This document shows, piece after piece, positions 24,088 through 35,066 of a DNA stretch of 36,606 bases. The notes below the pieces were generated by a model, which was not told the DNA's origin, searched no databases, and saw nothing but the letters and a program-made list of their open reading frames with translations. The DNA lies in NCBI GenBank assembly GCA_964553595.1, contig CAZKLH010000001.1, positions 1-36,606 on the forward strand, written 5' to 3'. Position 1 is the stretch's first letter. Every line of letters starts with the position of its first letter. Made by a program: the position numbers and the translations under genes. This DNA is from an uncultured Gammaproteobacteria bacterium. GTDB lineage: Bacteria; Patescibacteriota; Microgenomatia; Levybacterales; UBA12049.

Positions 24088-25068
24088 TCAAAGCGATAAT
24101 TTCGCAGCAACATAGGCAAGCGGATACCCCGTTGCTTTTGAAGCCAAAGCAGAACTCCGTGAGAGTCTGGCATTTAATTCAATAACATAACTTTCCATGA
24201 CACCATTTTTGGGATTTGGGTTTAAGCCAAACTGCACATTGCACTCCCCGACTATATTAAGACTTCTCGCAATTTCTATTGCCTGAATGCGCAGCGTGTG
24301 GTATTCAGAATTTGTCAGTGTTTGGCTTGGGGCAACAACAATCGATTCTCCTGTGTGAATACCCAGCGGATCCATATTTTCCATGTTGCAGACAGTGATG
24401 CAATTATCGTACGCATCTCGCACAATTTCGTATTCAACCTCTTTATAGTGGTGCAAAAATTGTTCAACAACGATTTGTGACACATTTGCAAATGCACGCT
24501 TTGCAATTTCTTCTAAATCTTTTTTGTCTTTTGCAATCCCCGACCCCCAACCACCTAGCGCAAATCCTCCTCGAACCATAACAGGAAATCCGATTTCAAC
24601 TGCCGCGTCAAATGCCTCTTTTAGCGATGAAACAATAATTCCTTTTGCTGTTTTGATGCCTAATTTTGTGACCCGTTTTGCAAATTTACTTCTGTCTTCT
24701 GTCGCATCAATCGTATCGACCTGTGTGCCTAAAACTTTCGTATGATATTTTTCAAAAACCCCTTTTTTATAGAGTTTTAAACCACAATTGAGCGCAGTTT
24801 GTCCGCCAAAGCCAAGCAAAATTCCATCTGGCCGTTCTTTTTCAATTATCTTTTCTACAAAGTAATCACTTACTGGTAGAAAATAGACTCGATCTGCAAG
24901 AAAGTCAGACGTTTGAATTGTCGCGATATTCGGGTTTATCAAAACTGTATGAATCCCCTCTTCTTTTAATGCTTTTATTGCCTGGGAGCCTGAGTAATCG
25001 AATTCGCCTGCTTCTCCGATTTTTAACGCACCCGATCCTAAAACAAGAACTTTTTTTATAGTTTTCAT
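24088..25068 (-). CDS. carB: Carbamoyl-phosphate synthase large subunit, N-terminal 326 codons ending at a premature TGA
   Basis: The N-terminus [48 protein letters not shown] is canonical for CarB. The fragment ends ...[16 protein letters not shown]. The start overlaps the carA stop as ATGA. Confidence 0.9.
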   Translation of the reverse strand: MKTIKKVLVLGSGALKIGEAGEFDYSGSQAIKALKEEGIHTVLINPNIATIQTSDFLADRVYFLPVSDYFVEKIIEKERPDGILLGFGGQTALNCGLKLYKKGVFEKYHTKVLGTQVDTIDATEDRSKFAKRVTKLGIKTAKGIIVSSLKEAFDAAVEIGFPVMVRGGFALGGWGSGIAKDKKDLEEIAKRAFANVSQIVVEQFLHHYKEVEYEIVRDAYDNCITVCNMENMDPLGIHTGESIVVAPSQTLTNSEYHTLRIQAIEIARSLNIVGECNVQFGLNPNPKNGVMESYVIELNARLSRSSALASKATGYPLAYVAAKLSL

Positions 25069-26102
25069 TGTATGTTTTTTAGAAAATGATCAAAAACCCA
25101 TTCTGTGTCAACAGGTCCTGGTGTTGCTTCTGGGTGAAATTGTACAGACATAAAGGGAAGTGTTTCGTGAATCATGCCTTCATTTGTCCCATCATTTGCA
25201 TTGGTAAACCAAGATTTAAATCCTTTTGGAATTTTTGAAACTGCAAAGCCATGGTTTTGTGTTGTGATAAAACAACGAGGAGTCCCTTCGAGCATACACG
25301 GTTGATTTTGACTTCTGTGTCCGTATTTCAATTTTTTTGTTTCCCCTCCTGCTGCCAAAGCTAAGAGTTGATGGCCAAGGCAAATACCAAGGGTTGGGAG
25401 TTTTTTATCTAAACTCTTTTTTATTGTTTGAATTGTTTTTGAAACTATTGTTGGATCACCTGGTCCGTTTGAAATAACAAGGCCATCAAAAGCAAGATTT
25501 TTTTCAAATGGGTCGAAGTCCCACGGAACTGTAGTTACGCTAACTCCCCTTTTTAGAAGATTTTTTTCAATAGCACGCTTTGAACCACAGTCAATAAGCA
25601 CAATATGTCTTTTTCCACCTTCGGTCTTCGTTGGTTTTTTAACAGATACCATCGAAACAAGATTTTTTTTGTTGGGATCGTCGTAAGGGATATTTTCGTT
25701 ATCAAAAACTATTTTCCCAAGCATTGTCCCCTTTTCTCGAATTTTTTGAGTAAGAAATCTTGTATCCTTAATTTCCAGAAGCGGAATTTTTTCTTCTGCA
25801 AACCATTTGGCAAGTGTTTTTTTATTTTGAAAATGAGATGGTGTGTCGATATAGTTACTTACAATAAGCCCAGAGACCATAATGGTATCTGATTCCCAAA
25901 ATTTTTTATCTGGTATGCCGTAGTTGCCAATAAGAGGATAGGTCAAGACAAGAATCTGGCCTTTATATGATGGATCAGTGAGGCTTTCTGGATAGCCCAT
26001 CATGCCGGTTGAGAAAACGACTTCTCCGCTCATGGATTTCTTTGCTCCAAAGCTTACTCCTTCGATTTTTGTTCCGTCTTCTAAAATAAGCTGTGCAGTC
26101 AT
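25065..26102 (-). CDS. carA: Carbamoyl-phosphate synthase small (glutamine amidotransferase) subunit
   Basis: Has the GATase active site [10 protein letters not shown] and the FHPE region ([10 protein letters not shown]), together with a CPSase small-chain N-domain. 345 aa. Confidence 0.93.
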   Translation of the reverse strand: MTAQLILEDGTKIEGVSFGAKKSMSGEVVFSTGMMGYPESLTDPSYKGQILVLTYPLIGNYGIPDKKFWESDTIMVSGLIVSNYIDTPSHFQNKKTLAKWFAEEKIPLLEIKDTRFLTQKIREKGTMLGKIVFDNENIPYDDPNKKNLVSMVSVKKPTKTEGGKRHIVLIDCGSKRAIEKNLLKRGVSVTTVPWDFDPFEKNLAFDGLVISNGPGDPTIVSKTIQTIKKSLDKKLPTLGICLGHQLLALAAGGETKKLKYGHRSQNQPCMLEGTPRCFITTQNHGFAVSKIPKGFKSWFTNANDGTNEGMIHETLPFMSVQFHPEATPGPVDTEWVFDHFLKNIQ

Positions 26103-26151
26103 AATCAGAGCATCATCAAAATTTGGAGTTATGTTTATTAGAAAACTATGG

Positions 26152-27129
26152 TTATTTTATTTTTCCAAGCACTAGCGCTAAAAGAGCCATTCGAATGTAC
26201 ATACCATTTCTGACTTGAGAACGAAGATACACAGCCCTTGGGTCAACGTCGATAGCTGTATCGATTGTTTTTATTCGTGGGAGAGGATCCATGATTATCA
26301 TATTTTTGTTGCCGTATTCATCCAAAAGCTTCGGAGTAATAACGAATTGGTATTTCAGTTTTTCGTATTCCTCAAGAGAGGTAAATCGTTCTTTCTGGAC
26401 CCGTGTCCAATACCAGAAGTTGCAATCTTTGGGAATGTTTTTTTCGCTGGTAATTTCTATAATTTCTATGTCTCCTTTTGTTAATTCAGATTTTTGTTGT
26501 TTTGTGAGTCTGAGTTTTTCTGGAGAAAGGAGGTATACAACATTTCCTTTAAAAAGCGATAAACCTTTAATAAGCGAATGAATAGTTCGACTATTCAGCG
26601 AGTCTCCAGCAAGTAATGCTTTTAAATTGGTGAGTCTGCCAAATTTTTCCTGAATTGTAAAAAGATCAAGCAATGCTTGCGTGGGGTGTTCTCCAATGCC
26701 ATCCCCAGCATTAATTATAGGAGCAAATTCGCACGCCTGGGCTGCTTTCTGTGCAGTTCCAACTTCTGGATGGCGAATAACAATTGCTTCTGAGTACGCT
26801 TCGAAAACACGAACTGTGTCTTCGAGTGTTTCTCCTTTTACCGCCGAGGAAACTTGCAATGGATTTTGATATTCAATTGTTTGTCCACCAAGTCGCTTAG
26901 TTGCGGCAGAAAAACTACTAAATGTTCTGCTTGATGGTTCATAAAACACAAGGGTGGTAATTGTGCCGCTTAAAATAGTTGAGGGTTTGGAGTTAACAGC
27001 AAGACTTCGCATGTCTTTTGCGTGATCAAAAAGAATGTTTAGATCGTCATTAGAAAATTGGTCTAAAGAGAGAATGTCTTTGCCTTTGAAGTTCTTTTTG
27101 ATGCCTTGTGAAGATGTTGAATTTGTCAT
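26152..27129 (-). CDS. pyrB: Aspartate carbamoyltransferase catalytic subunit
   Basis: Contains the SSRTFSSF (STRTR-like) carbamoyl-phosphate site, HPTQALLD, and a PLPR-type region (HPLP-like). 325 aa. Confidence 0.93.
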   Translation of the reverse strand: MTNSTSSQGIKKNFKGKDILSLDQFSNDDLNILFDHAKDMRSLAVNSKPSTILSGTITTLVFYEPSSRTFSSFSAATKRLGGQTIEYQNPLQVSSAVKGETLEDTVRVFEAYSEAIVIRHPEVGTAQKAAQACEFAPIINAGDGIGEHPTQALLDLFTIQEKFGRLTNLKALLAGDSLNSRTIHSLIKGLSLFKGNVVYLLSPEKLRLTKQQKSELTKGDIEIIEITSEKNIPKDCNFWYWTRVQKERFTSLEEYEKLKYQFVITPKLLDEYGNKNMIIMDPLPRIKTIDTAIDVDPRAVYLRSQVRNGMYIRMALLALVLGKIK

Positions 27130-27159
27130 AAAAAACCAGAGCGTTTTTATCGGCTCTGG
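27130..27159 (-). terminator. Intrinsic-terminator-like hairpin plus U6 tract directly abutting the pyrB AUG (candidate attenuator, or the folD terminator)
   Basis: The minus strand reads CCAGAGC-cgataaaaac-GCTCTGG-TTTTTT-ATG. That is a 7-bp stem (5 GC pairs), a 10-nt loop and six U residues ending 1 nt before the start codon. Confidence 0.55.
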
Positions 27160-27165
27160 GGTTTT

Positions 27166-27194
27166 ACTTTACAGAAAAAAGCGCTTCTTGTCAA
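27166..27194 (-). promoter_or_regulatory. Candidate pyrB promoter (TTGACA-17-TAAAGT)
   Basis: On the minus strand the -35 is at 27194-27189 and the -10 at 27171-27166. The predicted transcription start falls at the 5' foot of the hairpin that precedes pyrB. Confidence 0.45.
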
Positions 27195-27237
27195 CAGCCA
27201 TTCGAGATGTGTAGCTATTTCTGTAATAAGGTTTCGC

Positions 27238-28077
27238 TTAGGTGTTTTCTGCAGCGGAGATTACGTTTTCAAGAAGCATTGCAACATTTACTGGTCCTAC
27301 TCCACCGGGTGTTGGGGTAAAAAATGATGCAATGTTTTTTATTTTTTCTTCTTCGTAATCTCCGTGCAGCTTACCATCCACTTCTCGATGGAGGCCAACA
27401 CTTACAAGAATAACTCCATTTTCGATATTCTCAGCTTTTACAACATCTGTTTTGCCAACTGCAGAAATAATAATATTTGCTTTTTTTGTTTGTTCATTCG
27501 GATTTTTTGTTTTACTGTCAATAACCTCAGGTTTGTTGCCTAGTTTTGTGAGAAGTGTAATAATTGGTCCTCCACCCGTTTCTCCTTTTCCAACAACAAC
27601 AATTCTCTTTTTTTGCAGCCATGTGGAAAAGTCACTCGTATCTTCTGCTTTCGTTTTTGCGACTTGCAAAATTTTTACTACAGCCTCGGCCAGCGGCATT
27701 GCAAACGGAGAATTTTTATGGAATCCATCAACGTCTTTTTTTGGATCAATTGCCATATCAATTTCTTTCCCATCTATTTGTTTTGGCAATGGTCTTTGGA
27801 CAATCACGCCATGAATGAATGAGTTTTTATTCAGTGTTGTAATTTCTGAAAGTAATTCCTCGTGAGAAACAGTTGCAAGTAAGGGTATCACTGTTGCTTG
27901 CATCCCGATTTGCTCTGCCTTTTTCTGTTTTTGAGCAACATATGCTTCGGATGCAGGATCGTTGCCAACAAGGATAATAGCAAGGTGAGGAATACAATTT
28001 TTTTCTTTGAGGAGAATTACCCGTTTTTGCAGATCATCTAAGAGTTCTTGCGCGATTGCTTTCCCATCGATTTTCAT
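27238..28077 (-). CDS. folD: Bifunctional methylenetetrahydrofolate dehydrogenase/cyclohydrolase
   Basis: Contains LAIILVGNDPASEAYV, GVIVQRPLP, VVVGKGETGG and PTPGGVGPVNVAMLLEN. 279 aa. Confidence 0.93.
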   Translation of the reverse strand: MKIDGKAIAQELLDDLQKRVILLKEKNCIPHLAIILVGNDPASEAYVAQKQKKAEQIGMQATVIPLLATVSHEELLSEITTLNKNSFIHGVIVQRPLPKQIDGKEIDMAIDPKKDVDGFHKNSPFAMPLAEAVVKILQVAKTKAEDTSDFSTWLQKKRIVVVGKGETGGGPIITLLTKLGNKPEVIDSKTKNPNEQTKKANIIISAVGKTDVVKAENIENGVILVSVGLHREVDGKLHGDYEEEKIKNIASFFTPTPGGVGPVNVAMLLENVISAAENT

Positions 28078-28083
28078 TCTTTC

Positions 28084-30567
28084 TTAGCCTTCTTCGATAC
28101 ACGTTGTTGAGGTAACACGATCGGATGCATTGGAAAATCGCATAAGAATAACTCCTTGTGTTGCTCTCGAAAGCTTGGGTACAGAATCAAGGTCCAATTT
28201 TACTACCTGACCGCGTTTGGAAGTAATGATAACTTCTTTACAGTTTGGTGGAATCACTTGTGCAACAGCGACTTTTCCTGTTTTGGTTGTGACATTTGCC
28301 ATTTTGACTCCCTGCCCTCCCCTGCTTTGCTTGGGAAATTGAGAAACAGGTGTTTTTTTGCCAAGACCATTTTCCATAATAGCCAAAAGATTTGGGTTGT
28401 CATTTTTGATAATAACATCCATGCCAACAACAGTATCATCTCCTGAAAGCTTTACGCCTCGAACCCCCATCGTGTTTCTGCCAAGCGGCCGTGTTGATTT
28501 TTCTGAGAATCGAATTGCCTTGCCATTTCTGGTAAACATTAAGACATCGTCATCGCCTGTCGTTAAATCACTCCAAACAAGCTCATCGCCTTTCTCAAGT
28601 TTTATCGATGCAATGCCACCTCTTCTTATGTTTTCAAATTCAGAGAGAGCGGTTTTCTTAACCGTTCCTTTGCGAGTTGAGAGGAATACATATCCATTTT
28701 TATCTTCTTTGTTGTAAATAACAAACGATTCTACTCGTTCGCCTGCCTCAATGCTTAATAGATTAATAATTGCAGTGCCTTTGCTGGTTCTGCTGCTTTC
28801 GGAAATTTCGTATGCTTTGAGTTGATAGACTTTTCCTTTGTTTGTAAAGAAAAGAATGTTGTCGTGTGTTTGTGCGCTCCGGATATTCATAATGCCGTCT
28901 TCGTCTTTGGTGGTCATCCCCCGAACCCCTTTTCCACCCCGTTGCTGTGTTCGGAAACTGGTCATAGATTGGCGCTTTATATAGCCTGTGTCGGTGAGCG
29001 TTATGACTGTTGGTTCGTTAGGAATTAAATCTTCATCCGAAAATTCTCCAACCTTGCTTTTGAAGACTCGTGTTCGTCGTTCATCTGCATATTTTTCTTT
29101 GAGCTTTGCCAATTCCTCTTTTATAATTGTTAAAATTTTTGCTGGGTGAGCGAGCAGATCTTCAAGATAGGCAATTGTCTCTTTTACCATCTGATACTCA
29201 TCTTCAATTTTTTGCCGCTCTAGTGCTGCGAGTCTTCGCAGTTGCATGTCTAAAATTGCTGTTGTTTGCAGTTCGCTTAATTTAAACTTTTCCATCAAAT
29301 TTCTCTTTGCATCTTCCTGGTCTTTGGATGATCGAATTGTTTTGATAACTGCATCGATATTATCAACTGCAATTTTGAGTCCTTCGAGGATGTGTAATCT
29401 TGCTTTTGCTGCCCGCAATTCAAATTCAGATCGTTTTACCACGACAACGTAGCGGTGCTTGAGGTATTCTTCCAGAATTGCTTTAAGATTAAGGGTTTGT
29501 GGCGCTCCATCAACCAGCGCCACAATATTTACCGAAAATATTGTCTGCAAACTTGTGTGTTTGTATAGATTGTTGAGCACCTTTTTTGGCACAGCGTCTC
29601 GTTTGAGCTCTACAACAACCCGAATGCCATGCCTGTCTGATTCATCGCGAAGATCGGTGATTCCTTCGATCTTTTTCTCTTTTGCTAAGTCAGCAATTCG
29701 TGCCACAAGAAGTGCTTTGTTTACTTGGTAGGGCAATTCAGTAATAATAATTGCTGATTTCCCCTGACCAATGTCTTCGATCTCTGCTTTTCCTCGAATA
29801 ATTACTCGACCTCTTCCTGTTGCGTAAACATTTTTATTTTCGTTGATGTCGTAAATACTTCCTTTTGTTGGAAAGTCAGGGCCTTTCACAAACTGCAGTA
29901 AATCATCAACCGTCGCATCCACTGTTATTGATGGTGGAGCATTTGTTGGAGTTTTTTCTTTTGCAATCGTTGTTTTACCAATCATAAAAACGATTGCGTC
30001 AATAATTTCAGAAAGATTATTAGGTGGAATTTTTGTTGCCATACCAACGGCAATTCCCTCAGATCCCATAAGCAAAAGATTTGGCAGTTTTGCTGGTAAG
30101 TACACTGGCTCTTGTAGCGTTGCGTCGAAGTTTTCCAAAAACGGAACAGTTTCTTTGTCTATGTCAAACAATAATTCGCTTGTTATCGCAGCCATTCGTG
30201 CTTCTGTGTAACGCATTGCAGCTGGTGGATCGCCGTCCATTGATCCAAAATTTCCTTGACCATCAATGAGTGGATAGCGCATCGAAAAATCCTGTGCAAG
30301 TCTAACTAACGCATCATAAATTGGCATATCACCATGCGGGTGATATTTTCCCATGACTTCTCCGACAATTTTTGCCGATTTTGAATATTTTGCGGTGTGG
30401 TTTAAATTAATTTCGTGCATTGCAAAAAGGATTCTTCGATGCACTGGTTTTAAACCATCCCGAACGTCAGGAAGGGCTCTGGAGACAATAACCGACATGG
30501 CGTAGTCTAAATACGCCTTTTTCATTTCGGTTACTATCTCTGTTTTTTGCAGTTTTCCAATGTTCAT
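28084..30567 (-). CDS. gyrA: DNA gyrase subunit A
   Basis: Contains [32 protein letters not shown] and the [10 protein letters not shown] active-site Tyr region, followed by C-terminal beta-pinwheel repeats. 827 aa. Confidence 0.97.
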   Translation of the reverse strand: MNIGKLQKTEIVTEMKKAYLDYAMSVIVSRALPDVRDGLKPVHRRILFAMHEINLNHTAKYSKSAKIVGEVMGKYHPHGDMPIYDALVRLAQDFSMRYPLIDGQGNFGSMDGDPPAAMRYTEARMAAITSELLFDIDKETVPFLENFDATLQEPVYLPAKLPNLLLMGSEGIAVGMATKIPPNNLSEIIDAIVFMIGKTTIAKEKTPTNAPPSITVDATVDDLLQFVKGPDFPTKGSIYDINENKNVYATGRGRVIIRGKAEIEDIGQGKSAIIITELPYQVNKALLVARIADLAKEKKIEGITDLRDESDRHGIRVVVELKRDAVPKKVLNNLYKHTSLQTIFSVNIVALVDGAPQTLNLKAILEEYLKHRYVVVVKRSEFELRAAKARLHILEGLKIAVDNIDAVIKTIRSSKDQEDAKRNLMEKFKLSELQTTAILDMQLRRLAALERQKIEDEYQMVKETIAYLEDLLAHPAKILTIIKEELAKLKEKYADERRTRVFKSKVGEFSDEDLIPNEPTVITLTDTGYIKRQSMTSFRTQQRGGKGVRGMTTKDEDGIMNIRSAQTHDNILFFTNKGKVYQLKAYEISESSRTSKGTAIINLLSIEAGERVESFVIYNKEDKNGYVFLSTRKGTVKKTALSEFENIRRGGIASIKLEKGDELVWSDLTTGDDDVLMFTRNGKAIRFSEKSTRPLGRNTMGVRGVKLSGDDTVVGMDVIIKNDNPNLLAIMENGLGKKTPVSQFPKQSRGGQGVKMANVTTKTGKVAVAQVIPPNCKEVIITSKRGQVVKLDLDSVPKLSRATQGVILMRFSNASDRVTSTTCIEEG

Positions 30568-30595
30568 AATGATTACAAATCAATAAACAAATGTA

Positions 30596-30614
30596 CCCCG
30601 AAACGAGTTCGGGG
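30596..30614 (-). terminator. Hairpin between ppa and gyrA (possible weak terminator)
   Basis: CCCCGAA-5 nt-TTCGGGG, a 7-bp stem. On the minus strand it is followed by TACATTTGTTTATTG, an interrupted U-tract. Confidence 0.4.
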
Positions 30615-30635
30615 CAGTCAATGACACTGAGCGAG

Positions 30636-31148
30636 TTATGCAACTTTCATTGCCTTTTTTACTGCTTCAAGCGCCACATCTTTTCCTTGCCACTCTTTAA
30701 TTTTTACCCATTTTCCAGGCTCGAGTGTTTTATAGTTTTCGAAAAAATGCTTGATTTTATTTTTGACTGCAGTGGGCACTGTGTCCATAGTCAGTTCTCC
30801 AAAGAATGGATCAACTTTTATTGTTGGCACTGCCAAGATTTTTGTGTCCACCCCTGCTTCGTCTTCCATTTCAAGCATCCCGATAACAACGCAAGGAATA
30901 ACGGTTCCTGGCATGACTGTGTGTTCGCTTAACACCAAAACATCCAGTGGGTCGCCATCTTCGCTTAATGTGCTTGGAACAAATCCGTAATTAAATGGAT
31001 ATTGCATCGCAGTATACAAAAATCTGTCGACAAAAATTACTCCCGATTCTTTATCGAGCTCGTATTTAATGCTGCTGTCTTTTGGAATCTCCACAAAGAC
31101 ATTTATTTCACCCCCTGTTGGGTTTTTTCCAGCTGTTATATTTTTCAT
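30636..31148 (-). CDS. ppa: Inorganic pyrophosphatase, family I
   Basis: 170 aa, with the EIPK..KYE.D...[11 protein letters not shown] and [13 protein letters not shown] patterns. Confidence 0.93.
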   Translation of the reverse strand: MKNITAGKNPTGGEINVFVEIPKDSSIKYELDKESGVIFVDRFLYTAMQYPFNYGFVPSTLSEDGDPLDVLVLSEHTVMPGTVIPCVVIGMLEMEDEAGVDTKILAVPTIKVDPFFGELTMDTVPTAVKNKIKHFFENYKTLEPGKWVKIKEWQGKDVALEAVKKAMKVA

Positions 31149-31174
31149 ATGTTTATTATTAGCTCACCCCCATT

Positions 31175-33160
<1,986 letters not shown>

Positions 33161-33205
33161 TTATCTTTGAGATTTCTAGAGACAGAAGTAGTCTGTTTTA
33201 CAAAC

Positions 33206-33236
33206 AAAAAAGGCAATGGACTTTTCATCCATTACC
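33206..33236 (-). terminator. Rho-independent terminator downstream of the 185-aa secreted-protein gene
   Basis: The minus strand reads GGTAATGGA-tgaaaag-TCCATTGCC-TTTTTT. The stem is 9 bp and includes one G-U pair. Confidence 0.75.
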
Positions 33237-33261
33237 TCTTTTGTTGCTTAAATCTCTAAGC

Positions 33262-33819
33262 TTACTGAGCTGGTGTCACAGTTGGTGTGACATTTTTTAA
33301 GCTTAAGATTAATGGTTTAATAGTGCCAGTCCAGTATCCTTTCCAAGCAGTAATATCTGCTTGTACGTTTGTTCTGTCTGTTTTTACGTTCTGGATAGCG
33401 GTATTAAACGCTCCGTTTGAGTGACTGCATTGGCCTGAATTTGCCATATTGTCTGCAGTTTGCAAATCGGTTGACAATGTTGCTGCATCAGTCTTTACCT
33501 TGGCTCCGTACGTATTTTGCAAGGTATTAAGATCTGTTGCAATCTCTGTTGCCTGGGTTGGATTATTAACCATTACTTTTGCCAGTCCGACTGTAACAAA
33601 AGTTTGAATCCTATCGTGTACTTGATCAACCTTAGGACCAACAATTTGTATTTTTGTTATGAGATTGTTGAGTCGATCGGTAATTGTTCTACACCCAGCG
33701 CCGTAGGTTAAACCTGTTGGTGTTGGTGATGTCTGCGCAAATGCTGGCATAGCAGATCCTAAAAGAAGAGATCCTGCTAGTGCGAAATTTACGATTTTTG
33801 TTTTTGTTGAGTTTGTCAT
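33262..33819 (-). CDS. 185-aa secreted helical protein, function unknown
   Basis: I moved the start to ATG 33819, which is preceded by AAAGGAGGTGAAATAC (perfect SD, 6-nt spacing). The signal peptide is ...FALAGSLLLGSAMPAFAQ. A strong intrinsic terminator follows. Confidence 0.65.
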   Translation of the reverse strand: MTNSTKTKIVNFALAGSLLLGSAMPAFAQTSPTPTGLTYGAGCRTITDRLNNLITKIQIVGPKVDQVHDRIQTFVTVGLAKVMVNNPTQATEIATDLNTLQNTYGAKVKTDAATLSTDLQTADNMANSGQCSHSNGAFNTAIQNVKTDRTNVQADITAWKGYWTGTIKPLILSLKNVTPTVTPAQ

Positions 33820-33977
33820 GTATTTCACCTCCTTTCGGTTTTTGTCTAGACCAACTATACCACGACAAGTTAAGAATAACGTAAGAGCTCATTCTTTCAC
33901 CAGCGCTTACATATATATTGACAATTATGCTTACTATTAATATCTGCGATGTGCTTACAATAAAGATTACAAATAGC

Positions 33978-34006
33978 TTGACAATTAAAATGTGATATGC
34001 TATACT
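33978..34006 (+). promoter_or_regulatory. Sigma70-type promoter of the Fic gene (TTGACA-17-TATACT); leaderless
   Basis: Consensus -35 at 33978-33983, a 17-nt spacer, and the -10 at 34001-34006. The ATG is 6 nt further on, so no room remains for an SD. Confidence 0.6.
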
Positions 34007-34012
34007 CATCTT

Positions 34013-35065
34013 ATGTTTGAGCCGAAGTTTACCTACACAGCAAAGATAGTCAACCAGCTTGGTCTCATCGAACGTCTCTACGGTCAATTAATCTCGGAAA
34101 AACTGATTCCTTCTTTGGCCCTCAAATTGTCCGAAGAAAACCAGATTTTGGCTACTCACTACTCAACCAGTATAGAGGGTAATCCCCTTTCTCCTCGTGA
34201 TGTGACCAATATTATCCTTGGAGATCAGATTCCTGTTACAAAGTCCGAAAAAGAGGTAAAAAACTACTTTTCTGTGCTCAACCACGCATTTTTGTACGCG
34301 AGGAAGAGGGAGCCAATTTCAACTGAACTTACCAAAAAACTGCATCATGAGCTCATGCGTGATATAGAGCTTAAGGATTTGGGGGAGTTTCGGGATGGCT
34401 CGGTTTTTGTTGGGCATAAGACAAAAACCGAAATTGTGGTCAAGCACAACCCGCCATTCCACACGCTCAAAGAGATTCAAGATGCGCTTGGGCAATTGTA
34501 CGACTGGTTAGGCAAAGAAGATGATACTCACCCACTAATTAAGGCTGGCATCATGCACCACCAATTTGCTTATATCCACCCGTTTTTTGATGGAAACGGA
34601 CGACTCGCCCGAATCCTCACGGTATACTATTTGCTCCTCAAGCACTATGAGGTGGCAAAGTATTTTATTCTCGATGATTATTATGATGTCGACCGTCAGC
34701 TATATTCAGATACGCTCCATACCGCAGATAAGGGTGATAAAACAGAATGGCTTGCGTACTTTTTGGATGGTATTGCGTATTCGCTGCAGGCTGCCCTGGC
34801 TCGTATAGAAGAGCTGAAAAACAAAGGTCTTGACGATGTAACTGGAGAAAAGAGGGTTTTGGTGACTGCTCGTGAAGAAGAGGTTTTACAAATTCTTATC
34901 GATAAAAAGGCGGTGAAGACCACTGATGTTCAAGATGAGCTTTCAGTCTCGCGTCAGCAGGCTCATTCATTGTTAGCCTCGCTTGTTAAAAAAGGGTTGG
35001 TAACGAAATTCGGCATAACCAAAACAAGTTATTATAAGCTCCCAAGCTCAAAAGAGGAAAAATAG
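34013..35065 (+). CDS. Fic-family protein (class II, intramolecular inhibitory helix) with a C-terminal winged-helix-like domain
   Basis: Has the canonical Fic motif HPFFDGNGRLARIL. The N-terminal STSIEGN matches the [ST]xxxE[GN] inhibitory motif. I set the start at ATG 34013, 6 nt after TATACT, with TTGACA 17 nt upstream. Confidence 0.9.
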   Translation: MFEPKFTYTAKIVNQLGLIERLYGQLISEKLIPSLALKLSEENQILATHYSTSIEGNPLSPRDVTNIILGDQIPVTKSEKEVKNYFSVLNHAFLYARKREPISTELTKKLHHELMRDIELKDLGEFRDGSVFVGHKTKTEIVVKHNPPFHTLKEIQDALGQLYDWLGKEDDTHPLIKAGIMHHQFAYIHPFFDGNGRLARILTVYYLLLKHYEVAKYFILDDYYDVDRQLYSDTLHTADKGDKTEWLAYFLDGIAYSLQAALARIEELKNKGLDDVTGEKRVLVTAREEEVLQILIDKKAVKTTDVQDELSVSRQQAHSLLASLVKKGLVTKFGITKTSYYKLPSSKEEK

Positions 35066-35066
35066 G

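Noticed and set aside
24088-24090. UGA reassigned to glycine (genetic code 25, as in SR1/Gracilibacteria), which would explain the TGA at the conserved Gly of carB
   Set aside because: TGA ends six other genes at sensible C-termini: 2360-2362, 3436-3438, 3574-3576, 5203-5205 (ATGA overlap), 16186-16188 and 25065-25067 (ATGA overlap). Read-through of the TPR gene stop would produce a long antisense extension. No other long gene (gyrA, gyrB, pyrC and others) contains an in-frame TGA. Code 25 is therefore not supported. Only a whole-genome survey could revive the idea.
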